Below are positions 51,707-60,743 of a stretch of DNA of 64,000 nucleotides, one piece after another. The translations under genes were made by a program, and so were the position numbers. Origin of the DNA: Candidatus Methylomirabilota bacterium (GTDB lineage: Bacteria > Methylomirabilota > Methylomirabilia > Rokubacteriales > CSP1-6); the NCBI GenBank assembly GCA_036265915.1, contig DATAOC010000046.1, forward strand, positions 4,787-68,786, written 5' to 3'. How positions within the stretch are numbered: the first letter of the stretch is position 1; every line of letters starts with the position of its first letter. A model generated the notes under the pieces. That model had not been told where the DNA came from and searched no databases. It worked only from the letters and a program-made list of their open reading frames with translations.

Positions 51707-53034
51707 ACGGCCTCCTCCGGCACTGTCGTCAGCGTCGCGCGCAGGCTGTGCGGCAGCGCCTCGGCCACACGGACGGTGACGACGTCTCCCACCGCCACCC
51801 GAGCGCCGCCGTCGAAGTTCACCACGCGGTTGCATCGCGTCCGTCCCGCCAGCTCGCCGGCGTTGCGCCGGGACACCCCGTCCACGAGCACCTCGACCGT
51901 CGTGCCTGCCAGCCGCGCGTTGCGAGCCGCGGTGACGCGGGTGACCACCGCGAGCAGCCGCGCGTTGCGCTCCGCCTTCACGTCCTCGCCGATCTGCGCG
52001 GGCATGACGGCGGCCGGCGTCCCGGGCCGGCGAGAGTAGCGGAAGGCGAAGACGTTGTCGTACTGCACGCGCTCGACCATCTCGAGCGTGGCCGCGAAGT
52101 CCGCTTCCGTCTCGCCGGGGAAGCCGACGATCAGGTCGGTGGACAGCGCGATGTCCGGCACCGCGTCGCGGAGGGCCGCGATCAGGTCGAGGTACTGCGC
52201 GCGCGTGTAGCCGCGGTTCATCCGGTCGAGGACCGCGTCCGAGCCCGACTGCAGCGGCAGATGGAACCATTCGCAGACTTTCGGCACGTCGCGCATGGCC
52301 GCGATGAGCTTGGGCGTCAGATTGTACGGGTTCGAGGTGGTGAAGCGGATGCGGGCGAGGTCGTCCACGTCGTTCACGCGGCGGAAGAGCTCCGCCAGAT
52401 CGGTGGGCGGCGTGAGATCGCGGCCATAGGCGTTCACCGTCTGGCCGAGCAGCGTCACCTCGCGGCAGCCCTCGGCCACCAGCCCGCGCACCTCGTCCAC
52501 GACGGCGTCCGGTGGATGGCTGCGCTCGCGTCCGCGGGTACGCGGCACCACGCAGAAGGTGCAATGCTTCTCGCAGCCTTCCATCACCGTCACGTACGCC
52601 TTCAGGCGGCTCGCCGACGGCGGCCGGGCGGTGATCTTGACCAGCGGCGCCTCGCCGGTCTCGAGCACCGGACGCCGCTCGCGGCGCGCGCGCTCCACGA
52701 GCTCGGCCACGCGCGCCACCGCCGGCGAGCCGAACACGAGATCGACGTACGGCGCGCGCTTCTGAACGATCCCCTGCTGGAGCTGAGCCATGCACCCCAT
52801 CACACCGAGCACCAGCTCGGGCCGGCGCGCCTTGAGCGCGCGAAGCTCACCAAGCTTGGAGAAGACCTTGTCCTCGGCCTTCTCCCGGATGGCGCACGTG
52901 TTGACGAGAATGAGGTCGGCGTCCGCCTCGCTGTCGGTGAGCTCATAGCGATGCTCACGGAGCAGGCCCGCGACCCGCTCGGAGTCGTATTCGTTCATCT
53001 GGCAGCCATAGGTGATGACGTGTAGCTTCGCCAT
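51691..53034 (-). CDS. miaB: tRNA-2-methylthio-N6-dimethylallyladenosine synthase
   Basis: ATG at 53034 (MAKLHVITYGCQMN), 447 aa, with radical-SAM CxxxCxxC (CEKHCTFC) and a TRAM-like C-terminus. Confidence 0.92.
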   Translation of the reverse strand: MAKLHVITYGCQMNEYDSERVAGLLREHRYELTDSEADADLILVNTCAIREKAEDKVFSKLGELRALKARRPELVLGVMGCMAQLQQGIVQKRAPYVDLVFGSPAVARVAELVERARRERRPVLETGEAPLVKITARPPSASRLKAYVTVMEGCEKHCTFCVVPRTRGRERSHPPDAVVDEVRGLVAEGCREVTLLGQTVNAYGRDLTPPTDLAELFRRVNDVDDLARIRFTTSNPYNLTPKLIAAMRDVPKVCEWFHLPLQSGSDAVLDRMNRGYTRAQYLDLIAALRDAVPDIALSTDLIVGFPGETEADFAATLEMVERVQYDNVFAFRYSRRPGTPAAVMPAQIGEDVKAERNARLLAVVTRVTAARNARLAGTTVEVLVDGVSRRNAGELAGRTRCNRVVNFDGGARVAVGDVVTVRVAEALPHSLRATLTTVPEEAVCSSR

Positions 53035-53200
53035 GCTGATCCGATAAATCAGGGATTTACGTTGTGTTGACCGTAGCATCCACCCCGAACGAAGTCAAAC
53101 AAACGCACGCCGCCGCGACCGGAAATCGTTCGCTGACGCATGCCGCGCGGACCGCCAGCGGCCTTGTGAAACGGCGTTTCGGGCGCGCGGTGGGAAGCAT

Positions 53201-53228
53201 CGGGGAGAGCGGCGCCCCGCTCTCCCCG
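53201..53228 (-). terminator. GC-rich hairpin immediately downstream of the FBP aldolase/phosphatase homolog
   Basis: Perfect 12-bp inverted repeat CGGGGAGAGCGG-cgcc-CCGCTCTCCCCG, 7 nt after the stop at 53235. There is no U-tract, so intrinsic-terminator function is uncertain. Confidence 0.45.
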
Positions 53229-53234
53229 ATCTCG

Positions 53235-54752
53235 CTAATCGATGTCGTCCGGACGCCCGGCGTGTCCGGCCGCGGCCGGCGCCGCGGCGACGGCGTGGCC
53301 GTTGCCGTGCCCGTTGCTGCCATTGGCGGTGAACGTGAGCGGCGGCTTCACCTCGAACTGTCGCTCCAGGCGCGCGCGTCGCTCCTTCCAGCCTTCCTGG
53401 TACTCGAGCTCGTCCTCGTGCAGCGTGGCCGGCTGCTTGACGCCATGCGCGTGGCGGAACTGGATGGCGAGCTTCGACGCGGTCCGCCGCACCTCGTCCC
53501 ACGGCGTGCCCAGGGCGAACTGATCGGAGATGGCGCCGATCCGTCCCGTGTGGATGTTGCACGACAGCGTGATGGCCGAGATGATCGGACCCGACCAGTA
53601 CGACGTCTGCGAGTTGATCGGCATCGGCAGGATGTGCAGGTTGTGGCTGCCCCGGCAGTCCCCGGCCACCATGGGCGCCGCCGCCCACGGCGACGTGATC
53701 TCGCCCGGCGCGGGCCAGTCGCCCTGCGCGAACGCCAGCAGCACCGGGTCGTCCTTCCCGCCGTAGGTAAAACCCTTCTTCGTCTTGATGTTGTGCAGTC
53801 GCTCGGCCGAGCACACGTAGCCGAGCTGATCGGGCTCGTCGCGCTCGTTGCGGCTCCAGATGCGCGCGATGACGAACCGCGAGGACCGCGTGAGGCCCTC
53901 GATGTCGTACAGGTCCTCGGGCGCGCGGAGCGTGATGACCTTCTCGTGCAGTCCCTTGGCCAGCTCCTCCATCTTGCCGTCGAGTGCCTTCGGGTCCCGC
54001 GGATGCGCGCCCGCTTCAATGGCCTGGGCCTTGGTGTCGAGATCGACGATCTCGAAGAGGTAGCCGCGCTTCATCTTGGAGCTGGCGATGATGAGCCCGG
54101 TGTTGAAGCGGGGCAGCATGTAGGCACCGGTCGCATAGTGGTTGAACGCCATCGGCTCCGTCTTGTCCGCGTAGGAGACGAGCACGGTCTGGGAGGGGTT
54201 GTCCTTGCGCACGGGAAACGGGAGCGCCACCGTGGCCGGCCCTGCCCCGCGCAGGTTACCGGTGAAGGCGTCCGCGACGAGGTCCTGCCCCGGCCCGTAG
54301 AGCCCGAGCTCGGCGGCCTTGGCCGCGCCCTCCTGCAGCGCGTCCCACATGAGCTCGTCGACGACCGACATGTCGACGGTCTCGGCGATGATGCCGGTCA
54401 CGGCGACGTCGTCGCCGGTGTGGGTCACGATCAGCGACGTGAACATCGGCTCGCCGCGGTAGCCGTTGTTCTCGAGCACGTACTTCGCGATCACCGACTT
54501 CACCTCGTCGGCGGCGACCACGTGGCCGCCGACGCCGCCGACATCGGCCTTGGTGGCCTTGATGAAGCGGCGCACGAGGGCGGGGTTCTTCGCAAAGACG
54601 TACGACCTGTACGAGAAGATGTTCGGGGAGTTGGTGACCGGAACCTTCTCCGAGACCGTCTGCGGCAGTCCCTCCAGCTCGTTGCGGGACTGGTGGTACG
54701 ACTCGAGAAGAACCGGTTGGCCGTCGGACGGTCCGTAGCGCCGTGCGCCCAT
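53235..54752 (-). CDS. Divergent fructose-1,6-bisphosphate aldolase/phosphatase (class V FBPase) homolog
   Basis: The ATG at 54752 is preceded by GGAGG. 505 aa with family blocks KADVGGVGGH, THTGDD, LYGPGQDLVADAFTGNLRGAGP, YADKTEP, YGGKDDPV and RGSH. It carries N-terminal and C-terminal extensions and an internal insertion relative to the roughly 380-aa archaeal enzymes. Confidence 0.8.
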   Translation of the reverse strand: MGARRYGPSDGQPVLLESYHQSRNELEGLPQTVSEKVPVTNSPNIFSYRSYVFAKNPALVRRFIKATKADVGGVGGHVVAADEVKSVIAKYVLENNGYRGEPMFTSLIVTHTGDDVAVTGIIAETVDMSVVDELMWDALQEGAAKAAELGLYGPGQDLVADAFTGNLRGAGPATVALPFPVRKDNPSQTVLVSYADKTEPMAFNHYATGAYMLPRFNTGLIIASSKMKRGYLFEIVDLDTKAQAIEAGAHPRDPKALDGKMEELAKGLHEKVITLRAPEDLYDIEGLTRSSRFVIARIWSRNERDEPDQLGYVCSAERLHNIKTKKGFTYGGKDDPVLLAFAQGDWPAPGEITSPWAAAPMVAGDCRGSHNLHILPMPINSQTSYWSGPIISAITLSCNIHTGRIGAISDQFALGTPWDEVRRTASKLAIQFRHAHGVKQPATLHEDELEYQEGWKERRARLERQFEVKPPLTFTANGSNGHGNGHAVAAAPAAAGHAGRPDDID

Positions 54753-54852
54753 GGTGGCCTCCAGTGGCGTCGAAAGGTGGCCGGTCCGCGAAGCGGTGAC
54801 GAACGGAGGATATCGGCGTACACTTGGGCCGTCAAGCAACAACTTGAACGCG

Positions 54853-55842
54853 ATGAAATTAATTTCTCAGCCGTCGCGCGAAGTCCGTCAGATGGTCCAG
54901 TGCCTGGAGCTCTACTACCGCCAGGGCCGGAGCCAGAAGGACATCGCGACCGCCCTCGGCGTCTCCGCCGCCACCGTCTCGCGCCTCCTGAAGCGCGCGA
55001 TGGACGAAGGCCTCGTGCGCGTCGAGCTCGACCTGCCGCGCACGGAGGACCTCGAGACGGCGCTCGTACAGACGTACGGGCTGCGCGAGGCGGTCGTGGT
55101 CGCGTCCGGCGGCCGCGGCGATCTCCGCGCGGAGCTCGGTGCCGCCGCCGCCGCGTACTTCGAGAAGGTCGCGGAGAACGGCATGCGCATCGGGCTGTCG
55201 TGCGGCCTCACGCTCTATCACACCATCCACTCGCTGCGCGAGCGGCGGCTCCGCGACCTCACGGTCTATCCGCTGTCGGGCGAGAGCACGCTGAAGCTCG
55301 TCGACATCTTCGCCAACACGCTGGTCGGGATGATGGCGGCGAAGTATCGTCCGCACGTCAAGGCGTACGCGCTGCCGGTGCAGCACCTCCTGTCGCTGAC
55401 GCAGATCGAGCGTGAGCGTCGGCGCCTGCTCCGGGATCCAGAGGTCCGCTCGATCTACGAGGCCGCTCAGGACGTCGACATCGCGGTGGTCGGCGTCGGC
55501 GTCATCGCCGAGCAGACGCCCGGCTTCTGCTCGCTCGCGGAGTCCTACGGGGTGAGCGTGAAGCGGCTGCGCCAGCTCGGCGTCGTCGGCGAGATCAACT
55601 ACCAGCCATTCGACGCCGGCGGACGCATCGTCGATCGCCCCGAGCTGGCCGCCCTGTCACGGCGGCTGCTGTCCGTCGAGGGCGATCGGCTGCAGGCGCT
55701 CTCACGCCGCGATGGTCGCACCGTCATCGCCGTCGCCGGCGGCCGGAGCAAGGTCGAGGCGCTTCGCGGCGCGCTCGCCGGCCGCTTCATGAACGTGCTC
55801 GTCACCGACGAGGACGCCGCCCAGGCGCTGCTTCGGCGATAA
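54853..55842 (+). CDS. SorC/CggR-family sugar-binding transcriptional regulator
   Basis: ATG at 54853, 329 aa, with an N-terminal HTH (QKDIATALGVSAATVSRLLKRA) and a sugar-phosphate-binding domain (VVGVGV...AVAGG). Confidence 0.85.
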   Translation: MKLISQPSREVRQMVQCLELYYRQGRSQKDIATALGVSAATVSRLLKRAMDEGLVRVELDLPRTEDLETALVQTYGLREAVVVASGGRGDLRAELGAAAAAYFEKVAENGMRIGLSCGLTLYHTIHSLRERRLRDLTVYPLSGESTLKLVDIFANTLVGMMAAKYRPHVKAYALPVQHLLSLTQIERERRRLLRDPEVRSIYEAAQDVDIAVVGVGVIAEQTPGFCSLAESYGVSVKRLRQLGVVGEINYQPFDAGGRIVDRPELAALSRRLLSVEGDRLQALSRRDGRTVIAVAGGRSKVEALRGALAGRFMNVLVTDEDAAQALLRR

Positions 55843-55854
55843 GACGCCGCGTCC

Positions 55855-56820
55855 TCAGCGCGCGCCGGGGGTGGTCGCTTCCTCGAAGGCGCCCATGCGA
55901 CGGAACTTCTCGTAGCGCTCGCCGACGAGCTCCTCACGCGACAGGCGGCGCAGCGCGCCCAGCTGCTCGCGCAGCGCGATGCGCAGCGTGGCCGCCGCGC
56001 CGTCCCAGTCGCGATGCGCGCCGCCCACGGGCTCGGGCACGATGCCGTCCACCACGCCGAGCCGCAGCAGCTCGGGCGCCGTGATCCGCATGGCCTCCGC
56101 GGCGTCGGGCGCCTTGCCGGCGTCGCCCCACAGGATGGCCGCGCAGCCCTCGGGCGAGATCACCGAGTACACGGCGTATTCGAGCATCATCACGCGATTG
56201 CCCATGCCGATCGCGAGCGCGCCGCCGCTGCCCCCCTCCCCGGTGACGACGGCGAGGATCGGAACGGGCAGCGACGCCATGCGACGGAGGTTGCGGGCGA
56301 TGGCCTCCGCCTGGCCGCGCTCCTCGGCGCCGAGGCCCGGATATGCGCCCGGCGTGTCGATGAACGTCATGACCGGCTTGCCGAACTTTCCGCCGAGCTC
56401 CATCAGGCGCAGCGCCTTGCGGTACCCCTCGGGGTGCGGCATCCCGAAGTTGCGCGCGATCTTCTCGCGGGTGTCCCGGCCCTTCTGGTGCCCGATGACG
56501 ACGACCGACTGGCCCTCGAAGCGACCCAGCCCGCCGACGATCGCCGCATCGTCGCCGTAGACGCGATCGCCGTGCAGCTCGACGAAATCCTCCAGCAGCA
56601 GCTTGCACCAGTCGCGCGTGTGCGGCCGCTTCGGATGCCGGGCCAGCTGCGTCCGCTGCCAGGCGCTGAGCCCGGCGTACGTTCGCTGGCGCAGCCGCTC
56701 CAGCCGCTCCTCCAGCTTCGCGATCTCGTCGGCCCGCGTCGGGTCGTCGAGGGCGACCAGGGCCGCGATGCGCAGCTCGAGCTCGAGCAGCGGCTGCTCG
56801 AAGTCCAGTGCGTCAGGCAT
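55855..56820 (-). CDS. accA: Acetyl-CoA carboxylase carboxyltransferase subunit alpha
   Basis: 321 aa, colinear with AccA ([11 protein letters not shown]...[11 protein letters not shown]...[13 protein letters not shown]). Confidence 0.95.
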   Translation of the reverse strand: MPDALDFEQPLLELELRIAALVALDDPTRADEIAKLEERLERLRQRTYAGLSAWQRTQLARHPKRPHTRDWCKLLLEDFVELHGDRVYGDDAAIVGGLGRFEGQSVVVIGHQKGRDTREKIARNFGMPHPEGYRKALRLMELGGKFGKPVMTFIDTPGAYPGLGAEERGQAEAIARNLRRMASLPVPILAVVTGEGGSGGALAIGMGNRVMMLEYAVYSVISPEGCAAILWGDAGKAPDAAEAMRITAPELLRLGVVDGIVPEPVGGAHRDWDGAAATLRIALREQLGALRRLSREELVGERYEKFRRMGAFEEATTPGAR

Positions 56821-59800
56821 AGTCGATCGTCAACGCGCTGGCGCCCAGCAGCGCGTCGACCTTGCCGGTGAGGGCGGCCGAGGCATCGACGGACACCCCG
56901 CGCGAGCGCACCACGACTTCGAGGCCGGGCACGACGACGTGCACGAAGACGGGCACGCCGCCCGGATGCTCCTCGCAGAGCTTTCGGAGTGCCGCCAGCT
57001 GCCCGGCGGCGTCGCCATTGGCCCGCACGCGGACGCGGCAGGCGCTCGCCTCGCCGCCGTTTCTCGGCTTGCTGCTCGTCGCGGCCAGCGACTGCTCGAG
57101 CAGTCGCACGTCCTCGGCCAGCACCACGCGCCCCTTGTCGCCGTCGTCGACGCGACCGCGCACGATGACCGGCTCCCGTCCGCGCAGGAACGGCGCGCTG
57201 GCCTTGAACGGCTCCGGAAACACCGTCACCTCCACCGTCCCCGTCATGTCTTCGAGCGTCGCGAACGCCATGCGATTGCCGCTCTTGGTGGCCGTCTCCT
57301 TGAGCGCGGCCACGTGGCCGACGAGCGTGACCTTCGCGCCGTGCCCCTTGGCGGCCAGATCGGCCGAGGTCGTCACCCCGAGCGACTCCACCACGGCCGC
57401 GTACTGTGCCAGCGGGTGGCCGGAGATGTAGAAGCCGAGGACCTCCTTCTCGTACGCCAGGCGCTGGTCCTCGGGCCACTCCTCCAGCACGGCGGCAACC
57501 GGCTCGCTGCGAAGCTGCACGGGCGCCTTGGGCAGGAGATCGTCGAAGAACGACGCCTGGCCTTCCGCCCGATCCTTCTGCGTGCGCTGGCCCGCCTCGA
57601 GCGCGGCGTCGGTCTGCGCGAGCAGATGTGCGCGCGGCACGCCCAGCGAGTCGAAGGCGCCGGCCTTGATGAGACTCTCGATCACGCGCCGGTTCACGAG
57701 ACGAAGGTCGACGCGCTGGCAGAAGTCGTCGAGGGTCTTGAACGGTCCGTCCTCGGCCCGCGTCTTGAGGATCGATTCCATGGCCGCCTCGCCGACGTTC
57801 TTGATGGCGGCCAGGCCGAACCGGATGGCATCGCCGGCGACGCTGAACTGCACCGCGGACACATTCACGTCGGGCGGCGACACGGCGAGCCCCATCGCCC
57901 GGCACTCGTCGATGTATTTCACGATCTTGTCGGTATCGCCCATTTCCGACGTGAGCAGCGCGGCCATGAACTCGACCGGATAGTTCGCCTTGAAGTACGC
58001 GGTCTGGTACGCCACCAGCGCGTAGGCGGCGGCGTGCGAGTTGTGCACGGCCACGCCGTTGGCGATGAAGCTGTGCGCGCCGGGCACCTCGAAGTCGTAC
58101 GTCGGCTCGATTCCCTCGCGCTCGAAGCGCACCGGCATGGCCCACGCAATCGGCACGTCGCTGAGCTCGGTCGACAGCCCACGGCGCCGCGCGTCCACGC
58201 GCTGGAAGGCGGCGGTGGCGGCGTCGAGGACGGCCACCGCGTCGCCGGGCTTCAGCTCCTCGGCGTTGATCCAGCCGCGCTCGGTGAAGATCGGGTGGTC
58301 GGGCGTGCAGCGCAGGGTGAGCCCGTTGTCGAGCGTGAGGCGGCCGACCTGCCGCATGCCGCTCGGGCGGACGCGACACGCCTTGTGCGGACCATCCTTG
58401 GTGAGCACGACGTCGCCGTCGCGAACGGCCGTGATGGGCTTGCGCGAGCCGTCGGCCATCTCCACCCACGTGTCGGCGGCCAGGCACTTGTTGAAGCCGT
58501 AGCCGGCGAACTTCTCCATCAGCTCCCACACCCGCTCGGCCTTCGCCGCCTGCGTGCCCTTCTCCGCGCAACCGGCCAGGAACTTCTCGCGCTGCTTCGC
58601 CATCAGATCGCGATCCTTCTTGCCCATGGCGCGGCGGAGCGTGTCGGCCTCGCCCATGGTGAAGCCCGCCATCTCGGAGGCGATCTGCATGATCTGCTCC
58701 TGGTAGACCATGATCCCGTACGTCTCCCGCGTGAACTTCTCCATCGCGGGATGCTCGTACGTGACCTTCGCGCGGCCGTGCTTGCGATTGATGAAGTCGG
58801 GGATCAGCTCCATCGGCCCCGGCCGGTAGAGCGACACCATCGCGATGACGTCCTCGAGCCGCTCGGGCTTGAGCCCGCGCAGCGCCTCGCGCATTCCCGA
58901 GGACTCCAGCTGGAACACGCCGAAGGTCTTGGCCTCCGTGAGCAGCGCGTAGGCCTTGGCGTCGTCCAGCGGCAGCGCGTCGAAGTCGATCGTGATCCCG
59001 CGCGACTGCGTGATCAGCGCCGCCGTGTTGGCAAGCACCGTCAGCGTGCGCAGCCCCAGAAAGTCCATCTTCAGGAGGCCAAGCTTCTCGATCGGCCCCA
59101 TGGCGTAGCCGGTGATGAGCTCCGGGCGCTTCGGATCCTTGTAGAGCGGAATGTAGTCGTCGAGCGGATCGTCGGCGATGACGACGGCCGAGGCGTGCAC
59201 GGAGGCGTGGCGCGTGCAGCCCTCGAGCGCCCGCGCGATGTCCCAGAGCTCCGCGACGCCGGGCTGGCCCTTGACCATCTCGGCCAGTGGCGGCGACTTC
59301 TGATACGCGTCGTCGAGCGTGATGTTCAGCGGGAAGTTGGGCACCAGCTTGGCGATACGGTCCACGTCGGCATAGGTCATGCCGAGCACGCGGCCGACGT
59401 CCCGGATGGCCGCCTTGGCGCCCAGCGTGCCGAAGGTGATGATGTGCGCCACCCGGTCGCGCCCGTACTTGTCGGCGACATAGCGGATGACCTCGTCACG
59501 CCGGTCGTCCGCGAAATCGATGTCCATGTCGGGCATCGAGATCCGTTCTGGGTTCAAGAATCGCTCGAAGAGGAGTCCGTATCGTATCGGATCGACGTTC
59601 GTGATGCCGAGGCAGTACGCCACCAGCGAGCCCGCCGACGAGCCACGCCCGGGCCCGACGGCGACGCCGTGCTGCCTCGCGTAATGAATAAAGTCCCACA
59701 CGACGAGGAAGTAGCCGGCGAAGCCCATCTTCTCGATCACCGCCAGCTCGTGCGCGAGCCGGCTCTCGATGGCGTCGCTGGGGCTCTGGCCGTAGCGCCG

Positions 59801-60736
59801 CGCCAGCCCCTCGCGCGCGAGCTCCTCGAGGTAGCTCTCCAGCGTGTGGCCGTCCGGCACCACGTACTTCGGGAGGTGGAAGCGCCCGAAATCGAGCGTG
59901 AGGTTGCAGCGCTCCGCGACCGCCAGCGTATTCCGGCACGCCTCCGGGATGTCGGCGAACACCACCGCCATCTCCTCGGCCGACTTCACGTAGAACTCCT
60001 GCGTCGAGAACCGCCAGCGAGTCGGGTCGGCCAGCGTCGATCCCGTCTGGATGCACAGCAGCGCCTCGTGGGCGCGCGCGTGCCCGGCCTCGAGATAGTG
60101 CGAGTCGTTGGTGCCGCAGATCGGCGCCCCGATCGCCTTGGCGATCTTGAGCGTCTCCGCGGTGACCTTCACCTGCTCGTCCATCCCGTGCGCCTGGACT
60201 TCCATGAAGTAGTGGTCGCGCCCGAAGACCTCCTGGTACCAGCCGGCCGTCTGCCGCGCACGGTCCGCGTCGCCCGCGGTGAGCGCGCGCGACACCTCGG
60301 AGTTGAGACAGCCCGAGAGCACGAGGAGGCCGTCGGCGTGCTGGGCGAGCAGCTCGCGATCGACGCGCGGCTTGTAGTAGAAGCCCTCGAGGTACGCCTT
60401 CGAGACGAGCTTGATCAGATTGCGATAGCCGGTGACGTCGCGCACGAGCACCGTCAGGTGATTGGCGCCCTCGTAGCCGGCGCCGTCCTGCGAGCCGCGC
60501 TCCGTGCGCTTGCCGGGCGCCACGTAGAGCTCGCAGCCCAGGATCGGCTTGATGCCCGCCTTCTGCGCGGCCAGGTAGAAGTCGACGCCGCCGAAGAGGT
60601 TGCCGTGATCGGTGAGCGCGATGGCGGGAAACTTGAGGTCCTTCGCCTTCTTGACGAGCTTCTCGAGCTGAGCGGCGCCGTCGAGGAGACTGTACTCCGA
60701 GTGGACGTGGAGGTGGACGAACTCGGCGTGCTGCAC
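56813..60736 (-). CDS. dnaE: DNA polymerase III subunit alpha, interrupted by a mini-intein
   Basis: 1307 aa from the GTG at 60736, with PHP domain [13 protein letters not shown] and polymerase core. The conserved FAGYGFNK / SHAAAYA motif is split by a 149-aa insertion. Confidence 0.95.
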   Translation of the reverse strand: MQHAEFVHLHVHSEYSLLDGAAQLEKLVKKAKDLKFPAIALTDHGNLFGGVDFYLAAQKAGIKPILGCELYVAPGKRTERGSQDGAGYEGANHLTVLVRDVTGYRNLIKLVSKAYLEGFYYKPRVDRELLAQHADGLLVLSGCLNSEVSRALTAGDADRARQTAGWYQEVFGRDHYFMEVQAHGMDEQVKVTAETLKIAKAIGAPICGTNDSHYLEAGHARAHEALLCIQTGSTLADPTRWRFSTQEFYVKSAEEMAVVFADIPEACRNTLAVAERCNLTLDFGRFHLPKYVVPDGHTLESYLEELAREGLARRYGQSPSDAIESRLAHELAVIEKMGFAGYFLVVWDFIHYARQHGVAVGPGRGSSAGSLVAYCLGITNVDPIRYGLLFERFLNPERISMPDMDIDFADDRRDEVIRYVADKYGRDRVAHIITFGTLGAKAAIRDVGRVLGMTYADVDRIAKLVPNFPLNITLDDAYQKSPPLAEMVKGQPGVAELWDIARALEGCTRHASVHASAVVIADDPLDDYIPLYKDPKRPELITGYAMGPIEKLGLLKMDFLGLRTLTVLANTAALITQSRGITIDFDALPLDDAKAYALLTEAKTFGVFQLESSGMREALRGLKPERLEDVIAMVSLYRPGPMELIPDFINRKHGRAKVTYEHPAMEKFTRETYGIMVYQEQIMQIASEMAGFTMGEADTLRRAMGKKDRDLMAKQREKFLAGCAEKGTQAAKAERVWELMEKFAGYGFNKCLAADTWVEMADGSRKPITAVRDGDVVLTKDGPHKACRVRPSGMRQVGRLTLDNGLTLRCTPDHPIFTERGWINAEELKPGDAVAVLDAATAAFQRVDARRRGLSTELSDVPIAWAMPVRFEREGIEPTYDFEVPGAHSFIANGVAVHNSHAAAYALVAYQTAYFKANYPVEFMAALLTSEMGDTDKIVKYIDECRAMGLAVSPPDVNVSAVQFSVAGDAIRFGLAAIKNVGEAAMESILKTRAEDGPFKTLDDFCQRVDLRLVNRRVIESLIKAGAFDSLGVPRAHLLAQTDAALEAGQRTQKDRAEGQASFFDDLLPKAPVQLRSEPVAAVLEEWPEDQRLAYEKEVLGFYISGHPLAQYAAVVESLGVTTSADLAAKGHGAKVTLVGHVAALKETATKSGNRMAFATLEDMTGTVEVTVFPEPFKASAPFLRGREPVIVRGRVDDGDKGRVVLAEDVRLLEQSLAATSSKPRNGGEASACRVRVRANGDAAGQLAALRKLCEEHPGGVPVFVHVVVPGLEVVVRSRGVSVDASAALTGKVDALLGASALTIDYA
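58040..58486 (-). mobile_element. Mini-intein (149 aa, no homing endonuclease domain) in dnaE
   Basis: Residues 751-899 of the dnaE product. Starts CLAADTW (Cys1), block [14 protein letters not shown] (TxxH), block [22 protein letters not shown], followed by +1 Ser. Removing it restores GYGFNK-SHAAAYA. Confidence 0.88.
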
Positions 60737-60743
60737 GCGTGCG

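Noticed and set aside
53035-53200. 166-nt region upstream of miaB as a possible riboswitch or tRNA.
   Set aside because: There is no tRNA-like T-arm or anticodon-arm pattern and no riboswitch motif I recognise. It contains a plausible minus-strand TTGACT-N17-TACGGT promoter and some short hairpins, consistent with an ordinary promoter/leader. A covariance-model scan would be needed to exclude a structured RNA.
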